DNA of 62,046 bases, filler included, from Actinomycetota bacterium (GTDB lineage Bacteria > Actinomycetota > Acidimicrobiia > IMCC26256 > VFJJ01): the NCBI GenBank assembly GCA_009886115.1. It is 4 parts of 4 records of this genome, joined end to end, with 100 filler letters (N's around TTAATTAATTAA, not from the genome) between each part and the next. Parts side by side here need not be neighbours in the genome. Positions count along the whole stretch, not along the records: positions 1 to 14,629 come from VFJJ01000120.1; 3 more parts are not named here. One strand, 5' to 3'. The notes beneath the pieces were generated by a model, which saw only the letters and a program-made list of their open reading frames with translations, did no database searches and was not told where the DNA came from. Both the position numbers and the translations under genes were made by a program. This document shows, one piece after another, positions 1-9,093 of this stretch; position 1 is the first letter of the stretch; every line of letters begins with the position of its first letter.

Positions 1-125
1 ACTAGGTGCTGATAAAAGGCACCGAAAGTGGGTGCTATTGCCCCGGGTGACGGGTCGGGTCGGGGCGGCGGGTAGTGCGAGCCGCACACGTATCGGCCGC
101 AGGGGGAAGTCGGCGCCGCTCGCGA

Positions 126-161
126 GAACCCCGTGGCCAGAGTGTCCTGGTCACGGGGTTC
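126..161 (-). terminator. Hairpin downstream of ssrA, probable terminator
   Basis: GAACCCCGTGGCCAG (126-140) / CTGGTCACGGGGTTC (147-161) inverted repeat about 30 nt past the tmRNA 3' end. Confidence 0.6.
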
Positions 162-195
162 GTGGTGTGCTGCGGTGTGGTGTGCTGCGGTGTGG
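162..195. repeat. 15-bp tandem duplication abutting the tmRNA 3' end
   Basis: GTGGTGTGCTGCGGT x2 plus GTGG. Confidence 0.8.
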
Positions 196-555
196 AGGTG
201 GCGGGAGTCGAACCCGCGTCTTCCAAGCCGTTGATGATCCTTCTCCGAGCGCAGTCGATGATTGGATCTCGGTCAACGAGCGGACATCGACATCCTCTCG
301 CTGACCCAGTCCCGTGAATGTCCTGTCACCCCCCGGAACCGTGGGTGACAGTGAGCCGATCTGGGATGACGCCCGAATCTCCGACCGACTGGCCGAGCCG
401 GAGTGGACGGCTCTTGATTCGCTGACCTTATTTAGGCAGCGAGAGCAAGTTCGTGCTGGTTGGCACTTGTGGTTGTTCCGGTTTGGTGACGAGGTCCCGG
501 AGACCCCGGCTCGCTTCGCTCATCTCTGTGCCCAGAATCGAAACCTTGCACCCCC
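193..555 (-). ncRNA. ssrA: tmRNA (SsrA), tag peptide (A)ANQHELALAA
   Basis: 5' end GGGGGTGCAAGGTTTCGA pairs with 3' end GCGGGTTCGACTCCCGCCACCTCCA; tag ORF 464..432 ends ALAA-TAA; lies directly downstream of smpB. Confidence 0.97.
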
Positions 556-638
556 TGGGGTGGAGGGAAGGCGACTGCTGTGGTCTCGGGAGAACCCGCG
601 ACCGATGCCAGTCTATTTCAACTCGCCGGCAGCCCGTC

Positions 639-1160
639 TCACTGTTCCCGGGTGTCGACGCGCTGGTTGGCCCGCACCGCCCGGTCCATGTCGCGTTGGG
701 CGTCTCGTTCTGCCATGGCGTGGCGCTTGTCGTAGCTCTTCTTGCCCCGAGCCAGGCCCAACTCGATCTTGGCCAGCCCGTGGGTGAAGTAGATGCGCAG
801 CGGGATGAGCGTGAGGCCCTGCTGCTCGATCTGGGTGCGGAGCTCGAGCGCCTGGCTGCGATGCAGCAGGAGCTTGCGCTTGCGGTCGACCGAGGCGTTG
901 TCGCGGGCGAGCCCGTAGGGCGAGATGTGCATCCCGTGCAGCCACACCTCGCTGCCCTCGACGTTGGCCCAGGCCTCCCTGATCTGCACCTTGGCTTCAC
1001 GTAGCGACTTGACCTCGGACCCCACGAGCACGACCCCGCACTCGATCGTCTCGAGGATCTCGTAGTCGTGGCGCGCCCGGCGGTTCGTGGCGACGGTCTT
1101 GTCGCCTCGCAGAAGTGCAGCCTTGTCGGGGTTGGGGGTCTTGGGTTTGGTGACGGCCAC
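639..1160 (-). CDS. smpB: SsrA-binding protein SmpB
   Basis: ATNRRARHDY, GSEVKSLR, RKRKLLLH, GKKSYDKR motifs; only the C-terminal part of the 639..4583 ORF is real; GTG start inferred. Confidence 0.96.
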   Translation of the reverse strand: MAVTKPKTPNPDKAALLRGDKTVATNRRARHDYEILETIECGVVLVGSEVKSLREAKVQIREAWANVEGSEVWLHGMHISPYGLARDNASVDRKRKLLLHRSQALELRTQIEQQGLTLIPLRIYFTHGLAKIELGLARGKKSYDKRHAMAERDAQRDMDRAVRANQRVDTREQ

Positions 1161-1226
1161 GAGACCACCGTACCCGTCCGGCGCCGGTGACCCGCTCCGA
1201 ATCCCGCCCCCGATAGGCTCCGCGCC

Positions 1227-3530
1227 ATGGCCAACCAGGGATCGATTTTCGGCAATTCCGTCCAGCGCAAGGAAGACCCGGCGCTCATCACCGGCGACGC
1301 CCGATACGTCGACGACCTGCAGGTCGCGGGCGTGCTGAGCACCGTCTTCGTGCGATCCACGGTGGCCCACGGCACCATCACGTCGATCGACGCCGAGGCG
1401 GCGAAGACGATGCCGGGCGTGGTCGCGGTCTACACGTCCGACGACCTCGGGATCGCGCCCCAGCCGGGCTTCGTGTTCCTCCCCGCCTTCGGCCGTCCCC
1501 CGCTGGCCACGGGCAAGGTCCGGTTCGTCGGCGAGGCCGTGGTGGCCATCGTGGCCGAGACCCGGGCCCAGGCGGTCGACGCCGCCGAGGCCGTGGTCGT
1601 CGAGTACGACGTGCTGCCTGCGGTCACCGATGCGGAAGTGGCGCTGGCCCCCGATGCCCCCGAGGTGTGGGCCGACGCGGGCATGGGCGGCAAGAACATC
1701 TGCTTCGGGCTCCAGCCCGAGAAGATCGACGACCTGTTCGACGAGGCCGACGTGGTGGTGAAGGGCCGGTTCGTCAATCAGCGCTTGGCCGCCGTGCCCA
1801 TGGAGAACAACGGGATCGTCGTCACGCACGACAACACCGGCGGCCTGCGGATCTGGGTGGCGACGCAGGGCCCGCACGCGGTGCGCGACGGTCTCGCCGG
1901 CGCCCTGGGTCTGGCCCCCGAGCAGATCAGGGTGATCGCCCCGGCGGTCGGCGGTGGGTTCGGCGCCAAGTCGGGCACCTACGCCGAGTTCATCGTGGTC
2001 GCCAAGGCGGCGCTGCTGCTGGGCCGGCCCGTGAAGTGGGCCGAGACCCGCTCCGAGAACATGGTCTCGATGAGCCACGGGCGGGGCCAGATCCAGTACG
2101 TCGAGATGGGGCTCAAGCGCGACGGTGCCATCGTCGGGTTGCGGGTGCGGGTGATCGCCGACGGCGGGGCCTACCCGGCGATCGGTGCGTTCCTCCCGTT
2201 CCTCACCAAGTCGATGGCCCAAGGGGTGTACGAGATCCCCCGCATCGAGTTCAACGCCGTGTCGGTGGCCACCAACACCACGGCCACCGCCGCGTACCGG
2301 GGTGCCGGCCGTCCCGAGGCCACCGCCCTGCTGGAGCGGATCATCGACCTGGCAGCCGTCGAGCTGGGCATCGATCCGGCCGAGCTGCGACGCCGCAACC
2401 TCATCGCCGCCGATCGTTTCCCCCTGACGACCGTCACCGGAGCGAACTACGACGTCGGCGACTATGTGAAGGCCCTCGACGAGGCGCTGAAGGTCGCCGG
2501 ATACGCCGAACTGCGGGCCGAGCAGGCCGCTCGCCGGAGCCGCGGCGACACGGTCGTGCTCGGGATCGGGGTGTCGACCTACGTCGAGGTGACCGCCGGC
2601 GGCCTCTTCACCGAGTACGGGGCCTGTGAGGTGGGCGCCGACGGCAAGGTCACGGTCAAGGCCGGCACGTCGAGTCACGGCCAGGGCCACGACACGGCCT
2701 TCGCCATGATCGCAGCCGAGATCCTGGGCGTGTCGATGGACGACGTCACGCTCGTCCAGTCCGACACCGGCCTCGTGCCTCGGGGCCAGGGGACGATGGG
2801 CTCGCGCTCGTTGCAGATCGGCGGTTCGGCCATCTACCGAGCTTCCGAGGTCGTGCTCGACAAGGCCCGGCAGCTCGCCGCCCACCTGTTCGAGGCCAAC
2901 CCCGACGACATCGTGGTCGGCGACGGTCGTATCGGCGTGGCCGGCACCCCGACCGCGTCGATGAGCTGGGGTGAGCTGGCGCTGGCCTCCGCCGATGCGG
3001 GTCGCCTGCCGGAAGGGATGGAGCCCGGTCTGGCCGCCGAGCTCGACTTCAACCAGGGCGATGCCACCTATCCGTTCGGCTCGCACGTGGCCGTGGTCGA
3101 GGTCGACCTCGAGACCGGGGGCGTCACCCTCGTTCGCCATGTGGCCGTCGACGACTGCGGACGGCGCCTCAACCCGATGCTCGTGGCCGGCCAGCAGCAC
3201 GGCGGAATCGCGCAGGGTGTGGCCCAGGTGCTGTTCGAGGCCGTGCAGTACGACGGCGACGGCAACCCGCTCACGGCGAACCTCATGGACTACCTGATGC
3301 CGTCGTCGGCGGAGCTCCCGTCGTACGAGGCGTCGAACACCGAGACGCCCACGCCCAAGAACCCCTTGGGGGCCAAGGGGATCGGGGAGTCGGGCACCAT
3401 CGGATCCACCCCGGCCGTGCACTCGGCCGTCGTCGACGCGCTGGCGCACCTCGGGATCACCCACATCGACATGCCGGTCACCCCGGCCAAGATCTGGGCC
3501 GCGACCGCTGCGGCCGCCGCCGCTGGGTGA
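1227..3530 (+). CDS. Xanthine dehydrogenase family molybdopterin-binding subunit (CoxL form II-like)
   Basis: RKEDPALITG, GGGFGAK, AYRGAGRPE, SHGQGH, GAKGIGESG motifs. Confidence 0.93.
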   Translation: MANQGSIFGNSVQRKEDPALITGDARYVDDLQVAGVLSTVFVRSTVAHGTITSIDAEAAKTMPGVVAVYTSDDLGIAPQPGFVFLPAFGRPPLATGKVRFVGEAVVAIVAETRAQAVDAAEAVVVEYDVLPAVTDAEVALAPDAPEVWADAGMGGKNICFGLQPEKIDDLFDEADVVVKGRFVNQRLAAVPMENNGIVVTHDNTGGLRIWVATQGPHAVRDGLAGALGLAPEQIRVIAPAVGGGFGAKSGTYAEFIVVAKAALLLGRPVKWAETRSENMVSMSHGRGQIQYVEMGLKRDGAIVGLRVRVIADGGAYPAIGAFLPFLTKSMAQGVYEIPRIEFNAVSVATNTTATAAYRGAGRPEATALLERIIDLAAVELGIDPAELRRRNLIAADRFPLTTVTGANYDVGDYVKALDEALKVAGYAELRAEQAARRSRGDTVVLGIGVSTYVEVTAGGLFTEYGACEVGADGKVTVKAGTSSHGQGHDTAFAMIAAEILGVSMDDVTLVQSDTGLVPRGQGTMGSRSLQIGGSAIYRASEVVLDKARQLAAHLFEANPDDIVVGDGRIGVAGTPTASMSWGELALASADAGRLPEGMEPGLAAELDFNQGDATYPFGSHVAVVEVDLETGGVTLVRHVAVDDCGRRLNPMLVAGQQHGGIAQGVAQVLFEAVQYDGDGNPLTANLMDYLMPSSAELPSYEASNTETPTPKNPLGAKGIGESGTIGSTPAVHSAVVDALAHLGITHIDMPVTPAKIWAATAAAAAAG

Positions 3531-3542
3531 GAGGCTGGGGTC

Positions 3543-4751
3543 ATGGCCTCTTCCGACGTCGGGTACAACTTCTTCGACCCCCACCTGCGCGTCGATCCGT
3601 ACCCGTTCTTCGACCGGCTGCGCGAGAACGATCCCGTTCACCAGACAGGGTTCGGATATTGGTACGTGAGCCGCTACGACGACATCGTGTCGCTCGTGCG
3701 CGACCCGCGTCTCACCGCCGGCACCGGTGTCGCCGATTCGTTGGGCCTGTCGGACGGCCGCCTCCGTGACCTCATGGACACCTGGGTCATGTCGGTCGAC
3801 GGGGCGCACCACAGCCGGGTCAGGCGCCTGTTCAGCCGGGCGTTCACGCCGCGAGCGGTCGAGGCTCTCGGGCCTGCGATCCAGGCCGCCACCGATGCCG
3901 CGCTCGATCGGATGGCCACGGCATTCTCCTCCGGAGGCGGGTCGGTCGACGTCGTCGGCGACCTCGCCTTCTCGGTGCCGATGGAGGTCGTCCGCCTGTT
4001 GTTCGGAGCTGCGCCCGACGCGTGGGACGAGCACGTGGTCGCGTTGTTCGACGGTCGTCAACGGGGCGAAGCGGGGGCCGACGCGGGGCCCCTCGGGCCG
4101 ATGGTGGCGCTGTCGGAGTACTTCGAGCAGACCGTGCTGCCGGCGTGTCGCGAGCAACCTGGTGACGACATCTTCTCGGCGATGGTGGTCGGCGACGAGG
4201 ACGGGACGTTGCCCGACTTCGAGCTCGTCGCCAACGCCGTGCTGCTCGTCACGGCCGGCTTCGAGACCACGCAGTGCTTGCTCGCCAACACGGTGCTGGC
4301 GCTGCTTGCCCATCCCGAAGCCCGCGCATGGCTCCTCGTCGATCCTCGGGGACGGGCTGGAGCGGTCATCGAGGAGTGCCTGCGCTGGGAACCGGCGGCG
4401 CTGTCGACCACGCGTCAGACGACCTGCCCGGTCGAGGTGCAGGGAACGACCATCCCCGAGGGCGCCAAGATCTTGTTCTCGGTGATCGCGGGGAACCGCG
4501 ATCCTCGCCGGTACCCCGTACCATCCCAGTTCGACCCGTCCAGGATCGACATACGCCCCTTGACCTTCGGGGGCGGCGCCCATGTGTGCGTCGGTGCCGC
4601 ACTCGCCCGACTCGAGGGCGAGATCGTGATCGCCTCGCTGTTCGAGCGCTTCCCGGAGCTTCGGCTCGCTCCCGATGCGACGGTCGAGTGGGCGGCGAGC
4701 AACCCCACGGTGCGTCGCCCGTCCCGCCTGCTCGTGCGGGCTGGTCCGTGA
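3543..4751 (+). CDS. Cytochrome P450
   Basis: AGFETT I-helix, EECLR ExxR, FGGGAHVCVG heme-Cys motif. Confidence 0.96.
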   Translation: MASSDVGYNFFDPHLRVDPYPFFDRLRENDPVHQTGFGYWYVSRYDDIVSLVRDPRLTAGTGVADSLGLSDGRLRDLMDTWVMSVDGAHHSRVRRLFSRAFTPRAVEALGPAIQAATDAALDRMATAFSSGGGSVDVVGDLAFSVPMEVVRLLFGAAPDAWDEHVVALFDGRQRGEAGADAGPLGPMVALSEYFEQTVLPACREQPGDDIFSAMVVGDEDGTLPDFELVANAVLLVTAGFETTQCLLANTVLALLAHPEARAWLLVDPRGRAGAVIEECLRWEPAALSTTRQTTCPVEVQGTTIPEGAKILFSVIAGNRDPRRYPVPSQFDPSRIDIRPLTFGGGAHVCVGAALARLEGEIVIASLFERFPELRLAPDATVEWAASNPTVRRPSRLLVRAGP

Positions 4752-5623
4752 GCGACGGAGACGCGGGGGCCGCCGAGGCTCTCGAGGGGCCCGACGGGCC
4801 CGACCGCTCCCGGGTGCCGCTGGTCGACCCTGAACGCTACGGCTCGGGTTCGTACCGCAGGCGCTTCCGGCTCGTGGCCCGCTCGTCCGAGCTCGTGGTG
4901 GGCGAGATGGAGGACGACTTCCACCATTTCGGCGTTCGGTTGCACCACGACGGCGCGCTGGTGCTGGGAGCCGAGGGCGTCACCCACCGTTCGCCCTGGG
5001 CCACCTGTGCCGAAGGCAGCCGGCTCATCTCGCGCATCGCCGGGATGGCCCTCTCGCCCAGCGCCACCGCAGCCGGTGCGGTCACCCCGGCCCGGCAGCA
5101 GTGCACCCACACCTTCGACCTTGCCGGTCTGTGCGTAGCGCACGCCTGGCGAACGGCCCGGGGCGTCGGTGAGCCGGTGCGCCAGTACGACTGTGGCATC
5201 CCCGATCGTGACGCCGCCGGCCGTCACACCTGCACGGTGTCGCGCGACGGCGATCCCGTGCTGGCGTGGGAGCTCGAGGGGTACCTGATCATTGGGCCGG
5301 AGCCCTTCGCCGGGGTCAGCCTGGCGAAGGGCTTCCTCCGGTTCTGCGAGGAGCGCCTCGACGTCGATCAGGCCGAGGCGGCCGTGGCCCTCCGGCGGGC
5401 CGTGTACATCAGTGGCGGCCGGATGCAGCAGCTCGACTGGTACACGTCCGCCGGCGACGTGGCCGGAGCCACCCTGGGGACGTGTCACACCTACACGCCG
5501 GGCATCGTCGAGGTGGCGCTGCGTCGACGCGGCACCCAGCGCGACTTCACCGACCACGCCGATCTCCTGCTCACCGGCGGCGAGACCGACCCTGCCGGCG
5601 CGACCTCGGGCTCGACCTCGTGA
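4748..5623 (+). CDS. DUF2889-like protein
   Basis: EMEDDFHHF, SPWATC, QQCTHTFDLA, GTCHTY pattern; GTGA overlap with P450 stop. Confidence 0.7.
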   Translation: MSDGDAGAAEALEGPDGPDRSRVPLVDPERYGSGSYRRRFRLVARSSELVVGEMEDDFHHFGVRLHHDGALVLGAEGVTHRSPWATCAEGSRLISRIAGMALSPSATAAGAVTPARQQCTHTFDLAGLCVAHAWRTARGVGEPVRQYDCGIPDRDAAGRHTCTVSRDGDPVLAWELEGYLIIGPEPFAGVSLAKGFLRFCEERLDVDQAEAAVALRRAVYISGGRMQQLDWYTSAGDVAGATLGTCHTYTPGIVEVALRRRGTQRDFTDHADLLLTGGETDPAGATSGSTS

Positions 5624-7254
5624 TCGGGCCGGGTCCGAGCCTGTGGGAGCTGGTCGTGGCGCGGGCGTCGTCGACCCCGCTCGGTGTCTGCGCCGTCGAC
5701 GAGGACGACCGGGTGCTCACCTTCGCTGAGCTGCGCGACCGCGCCGAGCGGTGGGCCGGGGTGCTCTCGTCGGAGCACGGCGTGGGCGCCGGCTCGGTGG
5801 TGGCCTGGCAGATGCCGACCTGGATCGAGACGCTCGCCCTGTGCGCGGCGTTGTCACGTCTGGGCGCGGTGCAGGTGCCGATCATCCCGATCCTGCGCCA
5901 CCGAGAGCTCACGTTCATCCTCGGGCGGACGGGCGCCACGCTGTTCGTCGTCCCGTCGAGGTTCCGGGGTGTCGAGCACCTCACGATGGCCGAGGAGGTC
6001 GTTGCCGCTATGGGCGCGAGCAGCGGGGCCGCCGGAGCTGCGGCGGCTGCGGCGGTCGGGGTTGGGCAGGAGCCGGCTGGGGGTGCTTCGGCTGGGGGGA
6101 CGTGTCGGGTGCTGGTGCTCGATCGGGGCGATGAGCTGCGCGCCGATGCTGCACCGGGTGGAGACGCCCCGTCCTCGGGAGCCCCGGTGACGACGCCGCC
6201 ATCTCCGCCCGACGCCGCCGAGGTGCGGTGGATCTTCGCCACGTCGGGCACCGAGGCCGACCCGAAGCTCGTGCTGCACAGCGACGCCACGATCATCGCC
6301 GCGGCCGCCGGGGTGGCCCGGGCCCACGAGATGACCCCCGACGACCGGTTCGCGTTCGTGTTCCCCGTCACCCACGTCGGCGGCGTGCAGACCTTGGCGG
6401 AGTCGTTGCTTGCCGGGTTCGGCTCCATCCTGGTCTCGGCTTTCGTGCCCGCGACTTCGATTCCCGTGCTCGCCCACCACGGTGTCACCGTCGCCGGCGC
6501 GGGGACGGCGTTCTGGCTGGCCTATCTCGCCGCGCACCGGGCCCGTCCGCCGGGTGCTCCGGAGCTGTTCCCCGCCATGCGGGCCATGGTCGGTGGGGGT
6601 GCCCCGAAGCCACCCGAGCTCGTGCACGAGATGTGGCGCGAGCTCGGCGTGCCCGTCGCCGGGGGCTACGGGCTCACCGAGTGCCCGTCGTGCATCCTCG
6701 GCGCGGTGGGCGACCCGATCGATCGGCTCGCCGACACCGACGGCCGTCCCGTCGCAGGCGTCGAGGCCCGGATCGCCGGCGACACGGGTGAGCTCCTGGT
6801 GCGGGGGCCCAGTCGCTGCTTGGGGTATCTCGATCCGGCCACGACCGACGCGGCATTCGACGCCGACGGCTTCCTGCACACGGGCGATCTGGCGACCATC
6901 GACGTCGACGGGTGGGTGACCATCACGGGGCGGCTCAAGGACGTGATCATCCGCAAGGGCGAGAACATCTCGGCCAAGGAGGTCGAGGACGTGCTGTACC
7001 GGCATGCTGCGGTCGCGGATGTGGCGATTGTCGGGCTGCCCGACGCCGAGCGGGGCGAGCGGGCCTGTGCCGTGGTCGTGCTCGCGGCACCGGGCGCGCC
7101 CGCCCTGACGTTGGCCGACGTCGTCGCCCACTGCCGGGCACAGGGACTCGGCATGCACAAGCTGCCCGAGCAGCTCGAGATCGTGACCGAGCTGCCGCGC
7201 AACCCGTCCGGCAAGGTCCTCAAGTACGTGCTGCGCGAGCGATTCGGCGGATGA
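5620..7254 (+). CDS. AMP-binding acyl-CoA synthetase
   Basis: TSGTEADPK, GYGLTE, HTGD, GRLKDVIIRKGENI, PRNPSGKVLK; GTGA overlap with upstream stop. Confidence 0.93.
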   Translation: MIGPGPSLWELVVARASSTPLGVCAVDEDDRVLTFAELRDRAERWAGVLSSEHGVGAGSVVAWQMPTWIETLALCAALSRLGAVQVPIIPILRHRELTFILGRTGATLFVVPSRFRGVEHLTMAEEVVAAMGASSGAAGAAAAAAVGVGQEPAGGASAGGTCRVLVLDRGDELRADAAPGGDAPSSGAPVTTPPSPPDAAEVRWIFATSGTEADPKLVLHSDATIIAAAAGVARAHEMTPDDRFAFVFPVTHVGGVQTLAESLLAGFGSILVSAFVPATSIPVLAHHGVTVAGAGTAFWLAYLAAHRARPPGAPELFPAMRAMVGGGAPKPPELVHEMWRELGVPVAGGYGLTECPSCILGAVGDPIDRLADTDGRPVAGVEARIAGDTGELLVRGPSRCLGYLDPATTDAAFDADGFLHTGDLATIDVDGWVTITGRLKDVIIRKGENISAKEVEDVLYRHAAVADVAIVGLPDAERGERACAVVVLAAPGAPALTLADVVAHCRAQGLGMHKLPEQLEIVTELPRNPSGKVLKYVLRERFGG

Positions 7255-7268
7255 GCTCTGACCTCGGC

Positions 7269-7315
7269 CTTTCTTCGCGTTTTCGCGCACCGCTGGTGCG
7301 AAAACGCGAAGAAAG
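7269..7315. repeat. Perfect 18-bp intergenic inverted repeat (REP-like or terminator)
   Basis: CTTTCTTCGCGTTTTCGC ... GCGAAAACGCGAAGAAAG. Confidence 0.8.
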
Positions 7316-7383
7316 CGCGGTGGCGGGTGCCGCAACTGCCTCGTAGTGTCCCGCGTGCCGTACTCCGAGGAGGCGCTGGGCCC

Positions 7384-8511
7384 ATGTCAGCGATGATGAT
7401 CTCGTCCGACTCGCACCTGATCGAATGGCCCGATCTGTGGGCCGACCGCATCGAGCCCGAGTTCGCCGAGCGGGGCCCGGTGGTCCGGCACCTCGACGAC
7501 GGCGACTGGTGGTTCATCGACGGCCGGAAATCCATGTCGTTCCTGGGGATCCAGACCGGCGACCGCTTCGTGAAGGACTCCCGTCAGCTCCGCACCAGTG
7601 CCGAGTTCTCCGAGGTTCGTCCCGGCGCCTACGACCCGCACGCCTTCGTGAAGGAGAACCTCGACGACGGCGTGATCGGCTCGGTCATCTACCCCAGCCA
7701 GGGTCTGCTCGTGTTCGGGATCGCCGACTCCCGTCTGTGCTCAGCCACCATGCGCGCCTACAACGATGCCATCGCCGAGTTCTGCAACGACGAGACCCGC
7801 CATCTCAAGGGCATCGGGATGCTCAACATCGACGACGTGGCCGAGGCCGTGACCGAGCTCGAACGGAGCCGGACCATCGGCCTCGCCGGGGCGCTCATCA
7901 CGGTGCTCCCCCCGGCCGATCAGGCGTACGACCATCCTCGATACGAGCCGCTGTGGACGGCGGCCGCAGCGCTGGGGATGCCGCTCAGCATGCACGTGGC
8001 CACGGGGCGGCAGGTCGCCAGCGTCGACACGAACCAGCCCGACGTGCAGCACGTCTCGCCGGCTGCTTTCTACCTCCAGGACCACTTCGTACGGAAGTCC
8101 TTGGGGGAGTTGATCTTCTCGGGAGTGTTCGAGCGTCATCCCGGTCTGCGGGTCGGATCGGTCGAGCACGAGGTGGCGTGGGTGCCGTTCTTCTGCGACC
8201 AGATGGACTACACGTACACCCAGCGTCCGGTGCGCGGGAACTGGCACCGGTTCGCCGATCCGGCGGTGAAGCCGAGCGACCACTTCCGCCGAAACTGCTT
8301 CGTGAGCTTCCAGGAGGACGCGTCGGGTCTGCGGCTGCGCGACGTGTGCGGCGTGAACACGCTCATGTGGGGCTCCGACTACCCCCACACCGAGTCGACC
8401 TTCCCGCGGTCCCGGGAGATCGTCGCCCGTGTCCTCCATGGCGTGCCCGACGACGAGCGGGCGCTCATCACCGCCGGCAATGCCCGGGCCCTGTACGGCT
8501 TCGAGGTCTGA
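7384..8511 (+). CDS. Amidohydrolase_2 family protein
   Basis: ISSDSH, SMH, GVFERHPGL, MWGSDYPH motifs; GAGGAGG RBS. Confidence 0.92.
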   Translation: MSAMMISSDSHLIEWPDLWADRIEPEFAERGPVVRHLDDGDWWFIDGRKSMSFLGIQTGDRFVKDSRQLRTSAEFSEVRPGAYDPHAFVKENLDDGVIGSVIYPSQGLLVFGIADSRLCSATMRAYNDAIAEFCNDETRHLKGIGMLNIDDVAEAVTELERSRTIGLAGALITVLPPADQAYDHPRYEPLWTAAAALGMPLSMHVATGRQVASVDTNQPDVQHVSPAAFYLQDHFVRKSLGELIFSGVFERHPGLRVGSVEHEVAWVPFFCDQMDYTYTQRPVRGNWHRFADPAVKPSDHFRRNCFVSFQEDASGLRLRDVCGVNTLMWGSDYPHTESTFPRSREIVARVLHGVPDDERALITAGNARALYGFEV

Positions 8512-8531
8512 CCGGGCACGCGCCGGTGGGT

Positions 8532-8987
8532 TCACTCCACGAACGGCGTGACCTGTGGGGCGAGATGGTGCGACAGGTCACCGTGCAACTCCGAGTGGAT
8601 GTGTCGTGAGCGCCAGACCCATGTGCCCTCGATGAGCTCGAACCGGTCGTCGTTCCATCCGGCGTCGATGATCTGGAACGGGAGTGCGTCGGTCGATTGC
8701 ATCATCGTGTAGTAGCTGCGGCTCCGGGCCGTCCCGGACTCGCCGTCGAAGGTGATCACGACGTTCGTCGACAGGTGATGGGTGCGGGCCCCGCCGCCGG
8801 GGTAGAGGCGGGTCGCGGCGGCGTACTGGGCTCGCACCGCTTCGGCGCCGGCCCAGGACCCCTCCATCCCCTCGACCGACAGTGCGCCGCCGGCCATCAA
8901 CTCGCCGAGCCTGTCGTGGTCGCCCCGGTCGTTGGCCCCGTCCCATGCGAAGAGCAACCGCTCGATCGCCGCCTGATGCCCGCTCAT
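8532..8987 (-). CDS. SnoaL/NTF2-like protein
   Basis: THHLSTNVVI, ARSYYT, G-x-x-DDRF pattern of the SnoaL_4 family. Confidence 0.85.
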   Translation of the reverse strand: MSGHQAAIERLLFAWDGANDRGDHDRLGELMAGGALSVEGMEGSWAGAEAVRAQYAAATRLYPGGGARTHHLSTNVVITFDGESGTARSRSYYTMMQSTDALPFQIIDAGWNDDRFELIEGTWVWRSRHIHSELHGDLSHHLAPQVTPFVE

Positions 8988-9093
8988 TCCGTCACGACCC
9001 ACGAGAACCTCTCCTTCTGGCCGGTGTTCCGGGACGAACACCCACTCTAAAGGAAACAGCACCTTCCTTGCAGGTGGCCGTAGGCTCTGGGGG

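Noticed and set aside
193..225. tRNA-like T-arm and acceptor stem
   Set aside because: It is the 3' tRNA-like domain of tmRNA, not a separate tRNA
2292..2312. Aerobic CO dehydrogenase (form I CoxL)
   Set aside because: Active-site loop is AYRGAGR, not AYxCSFR, and no coxM/coxS are adjacent
1161..4583. 1314-aa minus-strand ORF 639..4583 as a giant SmpB fusion
   Set aside because: Antisense shadow of the Mo-hydroxylase and P450 genes in high-GC DNA; only 639-1160 is SmpB. Most other long overlapping ORFs in the track are similar shadows
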